From: Patescibacteria group bacterium
Lineage (GTDB): Bacteria; Patescibacteriota; UBA1384; XYA2-FULL-43-10
NCBI GenBank assembly: GCA_041674405.1
Contig: JBAYVT010000003.1
Coordinates: 1-32,000 of the forward strand
Reading direction: 5' to 3'
DNA: 32,000 nt
Below are positions 15,450 through 24,328 of the stretch, one piece after another. The position numbers were made by a program, and so were the translations under genes. The notes under the pieces are model-generated. The model was not told where the DNA came from. It searched no databases and saw nothing but the letters and a program-made list of their open reading frames with translations. Numbering within the stretch: position 1 is the stretch's first letter; every line of letters starts with the position of its first letter.

Positions 15450-16784
15450 TTATTCTGAAAATGTCAATTCCTCTCTGTATCCATTTTTAAAATCATCATA
15501 ACTCATTTCATTCTTACCGGCCGGTTTGACACGATCGATAACTAAATGCTTTTCTTTATCCAGATGGGCAGCCGTTATCTGAATTCTTTTACCCTTAATA
15601 TCAGTATATACTCCTGGCCAAGGATAAAATGCTCGAATCATACGATCAACCTCAACCCCACTGGTTTCCGGTACCACTTCCCCGTCTAATTTTTTAAGAA
15701 TTTTGGTGTAAGTCGCTTTTTTTTCGTGCTGAATCACTGGTTTTATGTCACCAGTTATATAATATGGCAAGGCTGTTAATAAAAGTGAAGCACCCAGCTC
15801 AGAAAGATAATCGTGCAATATCTGATAATTTTCACTTCCCGAAAGCTTAATGCTCGTCTGGGCAATAATCGGGCCGCTATCTACGCCTTCATCAATTTTA
15901 ATTATCGATACCCCAATTTTGTGGTCACCATTCAAAATTGCGCTTTGGATCGGAGTTGTCCCTCTGTATTTCGGAAGTAATGAAGGATGAATGTTGAGTG
16001 TTTTGTACTTGGGAATTGTAAATATTTTTTTTGGGATAATAAAGCCAAAATCTGTCACGACACCCAAATCCGGCTTAAGTGATTTTATCTGTTTGAAAGC
16101 CTTGTCGTCTTTGAGTGTTTTGACCTCAATTACAGGGATTTTTAATTTATTTGCAAGTAGTTTTATATTGTTCGCATCAACTTTTTTACCTCGTGCTAGT
16201 TTTTCCGAGCTACCCGTTATCACAGCCTTGACTTTGTATTGTGGATCGCGATGCAAACTTTCGAGAGTATGGAGACCAAAATTTCCAGTTCCAAAAAATA
16301 CCACCGATACTTCCTTAATATGATCGACAAATAGTGTTGAATTTAAGTGATCAATTTCATGCTGTATAACTCTGCCCTGGATGTTATCAGCGCTAATCTC
16401 AATCGGTTTTCCATATCTATCCTGCCCAGTGACAGTAATTTTCTGAGGTCTCTTTATGACCAGTTCCATGCCCGGAAAAGAGAGGCACCCCTCCACCATT
16501 TTACATTGTTCGCTTGAAGCTTTTTTAATTTTGGGATTGCACAAAATTGTTAATGGAAATTTTTTGTAACCTTCTTCTTCGTCTTCTTCATCTGTTTGAT
16601 ATTCACAAACCAAAATTTTTTTTGAATGTCCAACCTGTGGAGCAGCCAGGCCAATTCCATTGTGTTCTCGCATCGTATCCACCATATTGTCAATCAATGT
16701 CTGCAATTCCATATCAAAAGACTCAACCTTTTCAGTGGCCTCTCGTAATACCGGTTCTCCGTCTTTAAATACTTTTAACTTCAT
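15450..16784 (-). CDS. def-fmt: bifunctional fusion: peptide deformylase (N-terminal) and methionyl-tRNA formyltransferase (C-terminal)
   Basis: Def motifs GIGLAAPQVG (aa 43-52), EGCLSFPG (98-105) and HEIDHL (142-147). These are followed directly, from about aa 159, by Fmt motifs VVFFGTGNFG, NIHPSLLPKYRGTTPIQ and IDEGVDSGPII. One uninterrupted 444-aa frame. Confidence 0.9.
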   Translation of the reverse strand: MKLKVFKDGEPVLREATEKVESFDMELQTLIDNMVDTMREHNGIGLAAPQVGHSKKILVCEYQTDEEDEEEGYKKFPLTILCNPKIKKASSEQCKMVEGCLSFPGMELVIKRPQKITVTGQDRYGKPIEISADNIQGRVIQHEIDHLNSTLFVDHIKEVSVVFFGTGNFGLHTLESLHRDPQYKVKAVITGSSEKLARGKKVDANNIKLLANKLKIPVIEVKTLKDDKAFKQIKSLKPDLGVVTDFGFIIPKKIFTIPKYKTLNIHPSLLPKYRGTTPIQSAILNGDHKIGVSIIKIDEGVDSGPIIAQTSIKLSGSENYQILHDYLSELGASLLLTALPYYITGDIKPVIQHEKKATYTKILKKLDGEVVPETSGVEVDRMIRAFYPWPGVYTDIKGKRIQITAAHLDKEKHLVIDRVKPAGKNEMSYDDFKNGYREELTFSE

Positions 16785-17938
16785 CTATTAAATCCTTTCG
16801 GATGGCTTGTGTGCCAATTCCAAGCAGTCTTCGCCATATCGGCTAGAGAATATTTTGCTTTCCATTCAAACATTTTTTCAGCTTTGTTGCTATTTGCGAC
16901 CGAAACTGCCGGATCACCGCTTCGCCGACCAACAAAGCTGTATGCAACTTTTTTGCCCGATGCTTGATTAACAGCAGCAATTACTTCAAGAACAGTCGAG
17001 CCTTTACTAGTTCCCAAATTGAATGTGTCAGAAACAGAAGTTTTGAGCAAATAATTCAATGCTGACACATGCCCAGCTGCTATATCGGAAACATGGATAT
17101 AATCTCGAATGCCAGTTCCATCAGGCGTCTTATAGTCGTTACCGAAAACCTTTAACTCGGGTATTTTTCCAAGAAGATGTAAAATACAAACCACCATGAG
17201 TGTTGTCGGGTTGGCCTTGTCTTCACCAATCTCACCTTCCGGATCAGCGCCGCAAACGTTGAAATAACGCAATACAATTGATTTAATACCAGATATTTTA
17301 TCATACTTTTTAAGAAGAACTTCGTCAAGCATTTTAGATAAGCCATAGATTGAAAGTGGGATTCTCAATGCAGCCAACTCCTCATCGGAAAGAGCAATTT
17401 CTGGCCGGTTAGCGTATATACTATTATATGCGGCAATAAATTTTTGGAAGAATTCTTCACCCTCAACATCAGCCCCTTCCCACTTACCGGCAAGAAGGTA
17501 TGATTTTTCCGGTTTAAACCGTTCAGTGTAATCCTCAACAAAAGGAATTTCTTTCTCATCCTCCGGATTGCCATATGTGGATGCAGTCGAGGATTTGATA
17601 ATATATTTACACCCAACTTCAGACATTACATCGAGCAAATTGACAAAATTTTCGACGTTATTTTTAAGATATTTTTCCGGTTTCTCCATTGATTCGCCGA
17701 CAGCGAGATAAGCTGCAAAATCTATAACTGCATCAGGTTTGTGCTTTTTGAAAATCTGTCTTACTTTTTCTTTATCGGCAAGATCACAAAGTTCAAATTC
17801 CGCTCGTGACTCAATCGATTCTTTGTGTCCAGTCTCTAGGCTGTCGAGTACAACCACATCAAATCCGGCATTCTTGAGTTCTTTAACAGTGTGACTCCCA
17901 ATATATCCGGCACCACCGGTGACTAAAATCTTTAGCAT
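16781..17938 (-). CDS. galE: UDP-glucose 4-epimerase GalE with a roughly 50-aa internal insertion
   Basis: VTGGAGYIGSH Rossmann motif, YGLSK catalytic motif, RYFNVCGADP, IRDYIHVSD and RRSGDPA. Overlaps the def-fmt start by 4 nt. Confidence 0.9.
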   Translation of the reverse strand: MLKILVTGGAGYIGSHTVKELKNAGFDVVVLDSLETGHKESIESRAEFELCDLADKEKVRQIFKKHKPDAVIDFAAYLAVGESMEKPEKYLKNNVENFVNLLDVMSEVGCKYIIKSSTASTYGNPEDEKEIPFVEDYTERFKPEKSYLLAGKWEGADVEGEEFFQKFIAAYNSIYANRPEIALSDEELAALRIPLSIYGLSKMLDEVLLKKYDKISGIKSIVLRYFNVCGADPEGEIGEDKANPTTLMVVCILHLLGKIPELKVFGNDYKTPDGTGIRDYIHVSDIAAGHVSALNYLLKTSVSDTFNLGTSKGSTVLEVIAAVNQASGKKVAYSFVGRRSGDPAVSVANSNKAEKMFEWKAKYSLADMAKTAWNWHTSHPKGFNR

Positions 17939-18003
17939 TTTATATTCCCGTTAATGATTCTATTTCATTTTAACAAAGTTATTAGGTTTAAATCCAGTTT
18001 ATT

Positions 18004-19947
18004 CTATAGCATATCGATCGGATCTACGTCCCAGATGACGTATGGAAATTTATGATAAATTGCGGCCAATTTTTCACTGGGTAATTTTGATATTTTTATT
18101 ATGGCATGAAGCCGACATCGGTTGTTTAATTTCTGAAAAAAACACATGCCGGGACCGATAAATTCTATGCCAGAAATCTCTAGCTCTTTCGTGATTTTTT
18201 CAATTTCAGATCGGGCTCTTTTTTCATTTCTGTCCTCGGAAACGATTCGAACAATGTGTGAAAATGGAGGATAATTTAGTTTTTTTCGATGATTGATTTC
18301 TTCAGAATAGAATTTTTTATAGTCATGAGTTGCAGCATATTTAATCGCCCTTGACCCGGGCCAATAGGTTTGAATTATCGTCCGGCCGACATTATGGGTT
18401 CGGCCAGAACGGCCGGAAACCTGAGTTATGACTCTAAAAGTCTTTTCACTCGAACGAAATTGCGGAAGATGCAGGCCAACATCAGCGGAAATTATTCCGA
18501 CAAGGTCTATCCCCGGAATATCAAATCCTTTCGAAAGCATCTGGGTTCCGATGACGATATCAATTTTGTGATCTTTCAGATCCCGATAAAGCTTCTTATG
18601 GTCTTTCTTGTTTTTAATTGTCGTTGAATCCACCCGAAAAATTCTGGCCCTGGGAAATAATTTGCATATTTCCGCCTCAATTCTTTCTACTCCTGAACCA
18701 AATGACTTTATCTTCGAGCTTTTACAATTTGGGCACTTAGACGGTGTTGAAATTGAATAATCACAATGATGGCAACGAAGATTTTCGTATTTTCCTGATC
18801 CGTAAGAAATCAGCGGGATATCGCAGTTTGAACAATTTATCACCTCGCCACATTCACGACAGGAGGTAAATGTCGATTGACCGCGCCGGTTTAAAAACAG
18901 GAGAACTTGTTTTTTGTTTGAAAGGGTTTTTGCAATTTCTTTTTGCATCCTTTCTGAAATCGGTGAATAATTACCGGACCGCATTTCAGATTTCAAATCA
19001 ACAACTTCTGCTACCGGCATTATCAATTTTTGATATCGCGATTTAAGCTCAAAAAGATCATATATGCCAGAATCGGCCCTAAAGAATGATTCGACTCTTG
19101 GCGTAGCGCTTCCAAAAACTAAAAGAGCATTGGTTTTTTTTGCCAGAACCTCTGCGACCTCTCCAGTATGGTATCTTGGCGCATGGTCCTGCTTGTAAGC
19201 CTCCTCCTGCTCCTCATCAACAATAATTAAACCGAGGTTTTTTGATGGAACCAAAAGCGCTGATCGTGGCCCGATAATAATTCCTTTTTTGCCTTCGTAA
19301 AAATTTTTATAACAATAATATTTTTCCGAATCCGAAAGTCCTGAGTGCATGAGGCAAATATCGTCACCAAAAACTTCGGAAAATCTTTCAACCGTTTGCG
19401 GGGTTAAGATAATTTCTGGCACTAAAACAATTATTTGTTTGCCTGATTTTCTAGCCTCCTCAGCCAGTTTAATATAAACTTCGGTTTTTCCCGAACCTGT
19501 TACACCATAGAGGAGCGCTGGTTTTTTATTCTTGTCAGCAAATTTTGCTTTCAATGATTCAAATATTTTCTTTTGTTCTTCTGAAAGTGTCTTTGTTTTG
19601 ATATCGCAATTAACGTTTGTTTCTTCCATACGGGGCCGGCTAATCACAGGTGGCATAAATAATGAAATTGACTCACCCAAAGAACAAAGGTAGTAAGATG
19701 AAATCCATTTTGCAAGATCGATATAGTGATTCGGCAATGAAAATTTTTCTTCAACCCTTTCGATGTCTTTGGTTTTATATGCTGGCTTCTCCTTATTCAA
19801 ACCAATCACAACACCGCGAATTTTCTTATCACCAAACGGAATATATACTATTGAGCCAATTTTAATTACAAAATCCTCTGGAATATTATAAGAGTAGAAT
19901 TGTTTTTCTTTTGCAGTTCTAATTTCTGGTACAACTTGAGCAATCAT
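18004..19947 (-). CDS. priA: primosomal protein N' (replication restart helicase PriA)
   Basis: [16 protein letters not shown], and the Cys-rich zinc region CRECGEVINCSNCD...CHHCDY...CPNC. Confidence 0.93.
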   Translation of the reverse strand: MIAQVVPEIRTAKEKQFYSYNIPEDFVIKIGSIVYIPFGDKKIRGVVIGLNKEKPAYKTKDIERVEEKFSLPNHYIDLAKWISSYYLCSLGESISLFMPPVISRPRMEETNVNCDIKTKTLSEEQKKIFESLKAKFADKNKKPALLYGVTGSGKTEVYIKLAEEARKSGKQIIVLVPEIILTPQTVERFSEVFGDDICLMHSGLSDSEKYYCYKNFYEGKKGIIIGPRSALLVPSKNLGLIIVDEEQEEAYKQDHAPRYHTGEVAEVLAKKTNALLVFGSATPRVESFFRADSGIYDLFELKSRYQKLIMPVAEVVDLKSEMRSGNYSPISERMQKEIAKTLSNKKQVLLFLNRRGQSTFTSCRECGEVINCSNCDIPLISYGSGKYENLRCHHCDYSISTPSKCPNCKSSKIKSFGSGVERIEAEICKLFPRARIFRVDSTTIKNKKDHKKLYRDLKDHKIDIVIGTQMLSKGFDIPGIDLVGIISADVGLHLPQFRSSEKTFRVITQVSGRSGRTHNVGRTIIQTYWPGSRAIKYAATHDYKKFYSEEINHRKKLNYPPFSHIVRIVSEDRNEKRARSEIEKITKELEISGIEFIGPGMCFFQKLNNRCRLHAIIKISKLPSEKLAAIYHKFPYVIWDVDPIDML

Positions 19948-20747
19948 TCGGATACCTGAAAGTCTACTACCAGATAACCAACACCAAAAGGATGCTCATA
20001 CGATAAGACCTCTGGTTCAATTTTTTTCTGAGCAATAGCGCCCAGCGCAATTAAAAGCGATCGATAACCACACTCTCCTGCAGCCTCCTGCATATCTTCG
20101 TCTGCATAGATAATTTTTTCCGGATCGAATTTTTGCAGGCTATTTCTAACAAGATTGTCAAATTTTTCCGGAGCACCATCGATCCCGCCAAAATTGTTTT
20201 GATGTTTGTGGGATAAATCGCCGGAAGCAATAATTGCGATGCGCCTCTCATCTTTTTCGCAAATTTTACCGATTATTTCCCCAAACGAATAATGGGCCGC
20301 GCGATCGAGCATCGAATATCCAATCGTTACAATTTCAATTTTTGCTGAATCTTTGGTTAAAAAGTAAAGCGGAACCATAACCCCATGGTCTAAAACATAG
20401 TAACCATCATCGTGATTTTGTGTTTCAGCCGGCACTTTTTCTTTTCTTGCACCATTAAGAATATTATTTGAAAGCTCAATATTGCCGGGAAATGACATCG
20501 AGATTTCTGGGGCATTAAATTCTCCAAAATTACCGGAAAACCTGGGAGCCATTCCAATAGTCATCGCGTATGGATTTAAATTCCCATGAGGTGAAATGAT
20601 TAGAACTGAATCAATATCATTTTCTTCAAACCTTTTTGAGAGCTCTAACATCGCTTCTTCAGTTGGCTTAACTTCTTTTAGACTTTCTTTGCCAATTTCC
20701 GGAATAAGGAGTGGTGGGTGAGGAACAAAAGCAGCGAAAACAATCAT
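19944..20747 (-). CDS. LigB-family (class III extradiol dioxygenase subunit B-like / MEMO-like) protein
   Basis: N-terminal FAAFVPHPPLLIPEIG, ISPHG and ASGDLSH motifs typical of this fold. 4-nt overlap with priA. Confidence 0.7.
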   Translation of the reverse strand: MIVFAAFVPHPPLLIPEIGKESLKEVKPTEEAMLELSKRFEENDIDSVLIISPHGNLNPYAMTIGMAPRFSGNFGEFNAPEISMSFPGNIELSNNILNGARKEKVPAETQNHDDGYYVLDHGVMVPLYFLTKDSAKIEIVTIGYSMLDRAAHYSFGEIIGKICEKDERRIAIIASGDLSHKHQNNFGGIDGAPEKFDNLVRNSLQKFDPEKIIYADEDMQEAAGECGYRSLLIALGAIAQKKIEPEVLSYEHPFGVGYLVVDFQVSE

Positions 20748-20758
20748 TTGTCATCCTT

Positions 20759-20780
20759 TCGGGATTGAATAAAATCCCGA
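20759..20780. other. 8-bp inverted repeat in the divergent spacer between the LigB-like gene and der
   Basis: TCGGGATT (20759-66), loop GAATAA, AATCCCGA (20773-80). Function unknown; it could be an operator or a 5'-UTR hairpin. Confidence 0.3.
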
Positions 20781-20822
20781 TATGTGCTATTATTTGTTGA
20801 TTCAATCATTCATAATAATCAT

Positions 20823-22133
20823 ATGCGCAAAGAAGCCATTATTGCAATAATCGGACGACCAAATGTCGGCAAATCAACGCTTTTCAACCGCCTGATCGGG
20901 AAGAGAAAAGCAATTGAAACGCCTACCCCTGGCACAACAATCGATCGCCTATACGGAGATCTTTCTTGGCAAGGTAATAAGTATATACTGATCGATACTG
21001 CCGGAATTGCGGCAGCAGGAAAAGATGAACTAATAAATGCTGCTCTGATCGGAGTCGATCTTGCTCTCGAAGAAGCTGATTTAATAATATTTGTTGTCGA
21101 TTCGACCACCGGCATAGATCCAAAAGATATTGAAATTGCCCGAAGATTGAGAAAAGCCAAAAAACCTGTGGTTTTGGCAGTGAACAAAGCCGACAATGTC
21201 GAGAGAAGTGAAAAAGCATTGGATTTTCGTCGTCTCGGTTTTCCTGATCTTGTACCAGTTTCAGCAATCTCCGGAAAAGGATCAGGCGACCTACTTGAGA
21301 CAATTTCAGATCTTATTCCCAAAAATGCAAAAAAAACTGAAGGAAATAAAAAATCTGATTTCAGCCTGGCAATTATTGGTCGGCCAAACTGCGGTAAATC
21401 AACACTTCTAAATGCAATTGCCGAATCTCCAAAAATGATTGTTTCCAATATCGCCGGCACAACCCGCGATGCTGAAGAACATATTGTCAATTACAAAAGC
21501 AAGAAAATTAAACTCACAGATACGGCAGGAATCAGAAGGAAGAGTAAAATTCCCTACGATTCAATAGAAAGTTACGCACTCCTACGTTCTCTTCGTGCGG
21601 TCAAAGAAAGCGACGTCGTGGTTTATATGATCGATGCGATAGAAGGAATGGCATCAATAGATCAGAATATCCTGGGTGAGGCCAAAGAGCTTGGCAAATC
21701 GATTGTTGTTGCCGTAAATAAAATTGATCAATGGAAAAACCCCGAAGAAGAGATGGCAAGATTCCTCGGCGCCCTGACAAATTCACTCAATTTTATGCCC
21801 TGGGTGCCGGTAGTTTTTATCTCAGCCAAGGAAGAAACTCATATCAGAGAGATGATGAATCAAGCAATCAAAGCTTTTGAGAGCCGATTTATTGAAGCTG
21901 ATAATGAAACTCTAAAAGAAATTCTAGAAAATGGAAAAGCGACTCATCCCGAGCTTTCATACATAAAGGAACTATATTTCGAGCGAACCAACCCTCCGGT
22001 TTTCAAAGCAAAAATTTGGAAAAAAGAAAAACTTCACTTCTCGCACAAGAGATTTCTTGAAAACCGCATCCGTGATTCTTACGGATACGAAGGCTCGCCA
22101 ATCTTTATTGACTGGATCAAGATCAAAAAATAG
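20823..22133 (+). CDS. der: ribosome-associated GTPase Der/EngA
   Basis: Two G domains (GRPNVGKSTLFN and GRPNCGKSTLLN, each with DTAG and NKxD) plus a KH-like C-terminus. ATG 20823 gives the canonical N-terminus. Confidence 0.95.
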   Translation: MRKEAIIAIIGRPNVGKSTLFNRLIGKRKAIETPTPGTTIDRLYGDLSWQGNKYILIDTAGIAAAGKDELINAALIGVDLALEEADLIIFVVDSTTGIDPKDIEIARRLRKAKKPVVLAVNKADNVERSEKALDFRRLGFPDLVPVSAISGKGSGDLLETISDLIPKNAKKTEGNKKSDFSLAIIGRPNCGKSTLLNAIAESPKMIVSNIAGTTRDAEEHIVNYKSKKIKLTDTAGIRRKSKIPYDSIESYALLRSLRAVKESDVVVYMIDAIEGMASIDQNILGEAKELGKSIVVAVNKIDQWKNPEEEMARFLGALTNSLNFMPWVPVVFISAKEETHIREMMNQAIKAFESRFIEADNETLKEILENGKATHPELSYIKELYFERTNPPVFKAKIWKKEKLHFSHKRFLENRIRDSYGYEGSPIFIDWIKIKK

Positions 22134-22134
22134 C

Positions 22135-22767
22135 TTAATTTGCGACGTAAGAGATTCTATGCTCTATCCCAAAACGGTCAAGCGGTTTGATAATGAGCCA
22201 AGCACGACCGATGATATTTGTTTTGGGCAAAACCCCCCATTCACGCGAGTCAGATGAATGTTCTCTGTTGTCGCCCATGACGAAATATTCTTTATCTCTT
22301 AAAGTGATCGAGTAAATTTTTTCTCCGGTTATTGTTTGTGTTCCGGATGGCAAATAAGCCGATTCGTCCAACATAAAGCCGTTTGGATGGTCATTATTAA
22401 TAATTTTAATAGTATTGTTTTCTATTGTAACCGTTTCACCAGGAAGTCCGATAACCCGTTTGATAAAATTGACTGAAGGGTTTTTGGGATATTTAAAAAT
22501 CACTACATCCCCACGATTTGGCTGATATAAGGAATAAGTCAGCTTTTCAGCAAGTAAATACTCTGTATCGATAAAATTTGGCATCATTGAGCTACCCTCA
22601 ACCACAAAAGGCTGGATCAAAAAATACCGAATTGCGAAAGCAATAACAAATACAACAATTCCGGTTTTAAGAAGATCCCATAGAAAATATAAAAAATCCC
22701 TTGCTGGCTGATTTTCTATTGGCATGTTATTTAGCTCTTCACCATTTTGTTCGAATTTCTTTTCCAC
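22135..22767 (-). CDS. lepB: signal peptidase I
   Basis: EGSSMMPNF (catalytic Ser box), GDVVIF, KRVIGLPGE and GDNREHSSDSR. Confidence 0.9.
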   Translation of the reverse strand: MEKKFEQNGEELNNMPIENQPARDFLYFLWDLLKTGIVVFVIAFAIRYFLIQPFVVEGSSMMPNFIDTEYLLAEKLTYSLYQPNRGDVVIFKYPKNPSVNFIKRVIGLPGETVTIENNTIKIINNDHPNGFMLDESAYLPSGTQTITGEKIYSITLRDKEYFVMGDNREHSSDSREWGVLPKTNIIGRAWLIIKPLDRFGIEHRISYVAN

Positions 22768-22812
22768 TGATTTCCTTCACACTTAATTCATTCCTAACCA
22801 TTTTATCTTTTA

Positions 22813-22843
22813 TTGACATCATTGGTCAACCTTAATGTATAAT
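22813..22843 (+). promoter_or_regulatory. candidate sigma70-like promoter for lgt
   Basis: TTGACA (22813-18), a 19-nt spacer, TATAAT (22838-43). The spacer is long. The -10 lies inside the ORF-track N-terminal extension of lgt. Confidence 0.35.
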
Positions 22844-22876
22844 GATGGTGGGCGACAAAAATCGTTTTTTTGTTAT

Positions 22877-23620
22877 ATGATAGGAATTTCACTTTTTAAA
22901 ATTGGTTCGGCAACCATTTATACTTACGGGGCATTCCTAGTAATAGGGGTTCTTCTTTCGTGCCTAGCGATGTTTTTCATGGCTCGCTCCTCCGGTAAGC
23001 AAGCTGCATATTTATTGGATTATATAGTATATACGGCATTATTTGGGATTATCGGAGCCAGAATTTCATTTTATATAATATACCATTCACAATTTTCAAG
23101 CTTTGTAGATATCTTCAAAATCTGGCAAGGCGGTTTAATCTCATATGGCGGCTTCATTCTCGGCATTATTGCTTTTATCCTAATCGTAAGAAGTACCAAA
23201 GAAAAAATTCTCCCTTGGCTTGATATTTTGATTGTGTCGGCACTTTTAGGCTTGGCAGTTGGAAGATTTGGATCATTTCTATCCGGTGAGCTAGCAGGAA
23301 TTGCCGCAACAGGATCGTTTGCGATTAATGGCTTATATCCGGTCACTTTATTTGAAGCAATATGGAATCTGATCATTTTTGCATTTTTCTTTATTTTCTT
23401 CATGCTGGGCAACTCAAGAATAAAGAGCGGGGTTATTGCCGCTCAAGCTCTTGCCATGTATTCATTGGGCAGATTTTTTATTGAATTCTATAGGGCTGAG
23501 GATAAGATTTTTATTGGATTATCCATAAGCCAGATAATATTAATTGTAATTTTTGCATTTGCTTGTATCTTATTTATTAAACAAATTAGTTTCAGGAAAA
23601 AAGGAGCCAGGAATGCTTGA
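22877..23620 (+). CDS. lgt: prolipoprotein diacylglyceryl transferase
   Basis: IYTYGAFLVIG, GARISFY, IWQGGLISYGG and GRFGSFLSGELAG (the GRxGNFxNxE-type motif). The start at 22877 (MIGISLF...) is preferred over 22835 because of the candidate promoter. Neither start has an SD. Confidence 0.82.
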   Translation: MIGISLFKIGSATIYTYGAFLVIGVLLSCLAMFFMARSSGKQAAYLLDYIVYTALFGIIGARISFYIIYHSQFSSFVDIFKIWQGGLISYGGFILGIIAFILIVRSTKEKILPWLDILIVSALLGLAVGRFGSFLSGELAGIAATGSFAINGLYPVTLFEAIWNLIIFAFFFIFFMLGNSRIKSGVIAAQALAMYSLGRFFIEFYRAEDKIFIGLSISQIILIVIFAFACILFIKQISFRKKGARNA

Positions 23621-23945
23621 AAAAAACTTTTTGGAGCAACAAAAGAAATCCCTTCTTGCCGAGAAGGAAAGGCTTGAAACAAAAATAAAAGAACTGAACA
23701 AATTTCCGGAATATGGCGAGAGTGAGGATGACAATGCAATGGAAATGGCGGATTTTGAAAGTAATTTATCAATAGAAGAGCAATTAAAATTTTTATTGAA
23801 AAAAATAAATGATGCACTTAAAGCGATTGATGACAGCACTTATGGCACTTGCAAAAGCTGTGGCGAAGCAATAGAAGAGGGCCGGCTTGAGGCAATGCCG
23901 TATGCCGAGCTGTGTGTGAAATGTTACAAAGATTCAAAAAAATAA
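23613..23945 (+). CDS. TraR/DksA-family C4 zinc-finger protein
   Basis: Coiled-coil N-terminus followed by CKSCGEAIEEGRLEAMPYAELCVKC. ATG 23613 lies after AAGGAG (23601-06) and overlaps the lgt end by 8 nt. Confidence 0.8.
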   Translation: MLEKNFLEQQKKSLLAEKERLETKIKELNKFPEYGESEDDNAMEMADFESNLSIEEQLKFLLKKINDALKAIDDSTYGTCKSCGEAIEEGRLEAMPYAELCVKCYKDSKK

Positions 23946-24328
23946 TCCCATATCTGATAGTTGCTGTAGAAATAGTCTGCTTTTTCTTGGCAGACTATTT
24001 TGCAATCTGGCATGCAGATTTTTTACTCAATAAGAATTTTATTTTTGGCAGTTTTACCGGATTACTTGTGCTTAATATTGCAATAATTATCTTGATTCTC
24101 TTTGCTTTTATTCTCATTCGTCGGTATCAATTCGGAATTGGCTTAATTCTCGCCGGCAGTATTTCCAACCTACTCGATCGTATATTCTACGGCGGCGTGA
24201 TCGATTATTTCCGCCTGCCATTTCGGTTCCCCGCTTTTAATCTCTCTGACATATCGATCTGCTTCGGGGCATTCTTGATAATTCTGACAATCCTGTTTGG
24301 AAATAAACTTACAAACAAGACTTCTTAG
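23921..24328 (+). CDS. lspA: lipoprotein signal peptidase (signal peptidase II)
   Basis: Four hydrophobic segments, with NLLDRIFYGGVIDYF and FNLSDISI (the conserved Asp-containing boxes). The start could be ATG 23921 or GTG 23912. Overlaps the zinc-finger gene. Confidence 0.85.
   Translation: MLQRFKKIIPYLIVAVEIVCFFLADYFAIWHADFLLNKNFIFGSFTGLLVLNIAIIILILFAFILIRRYQFGIGLILAGSISNLLDRIFYGGVIDYFRLPFRFPAFNLSDISICFGAFLIILTILFGNKLTNKTS

Noticed and set aside
22835-22876. The ORF-track start of lgt at ATG 22835 (MYNDGGRQKSFFCY...).
   Set aside because: The 14 extra residues are non-hydrophobic and not conserved relative to Lgt N-termini. The codons overlap a TATAAT -10 box (22838-43). ATG 22877 is preferred, at moderate confidence only, because neither start has an SD.
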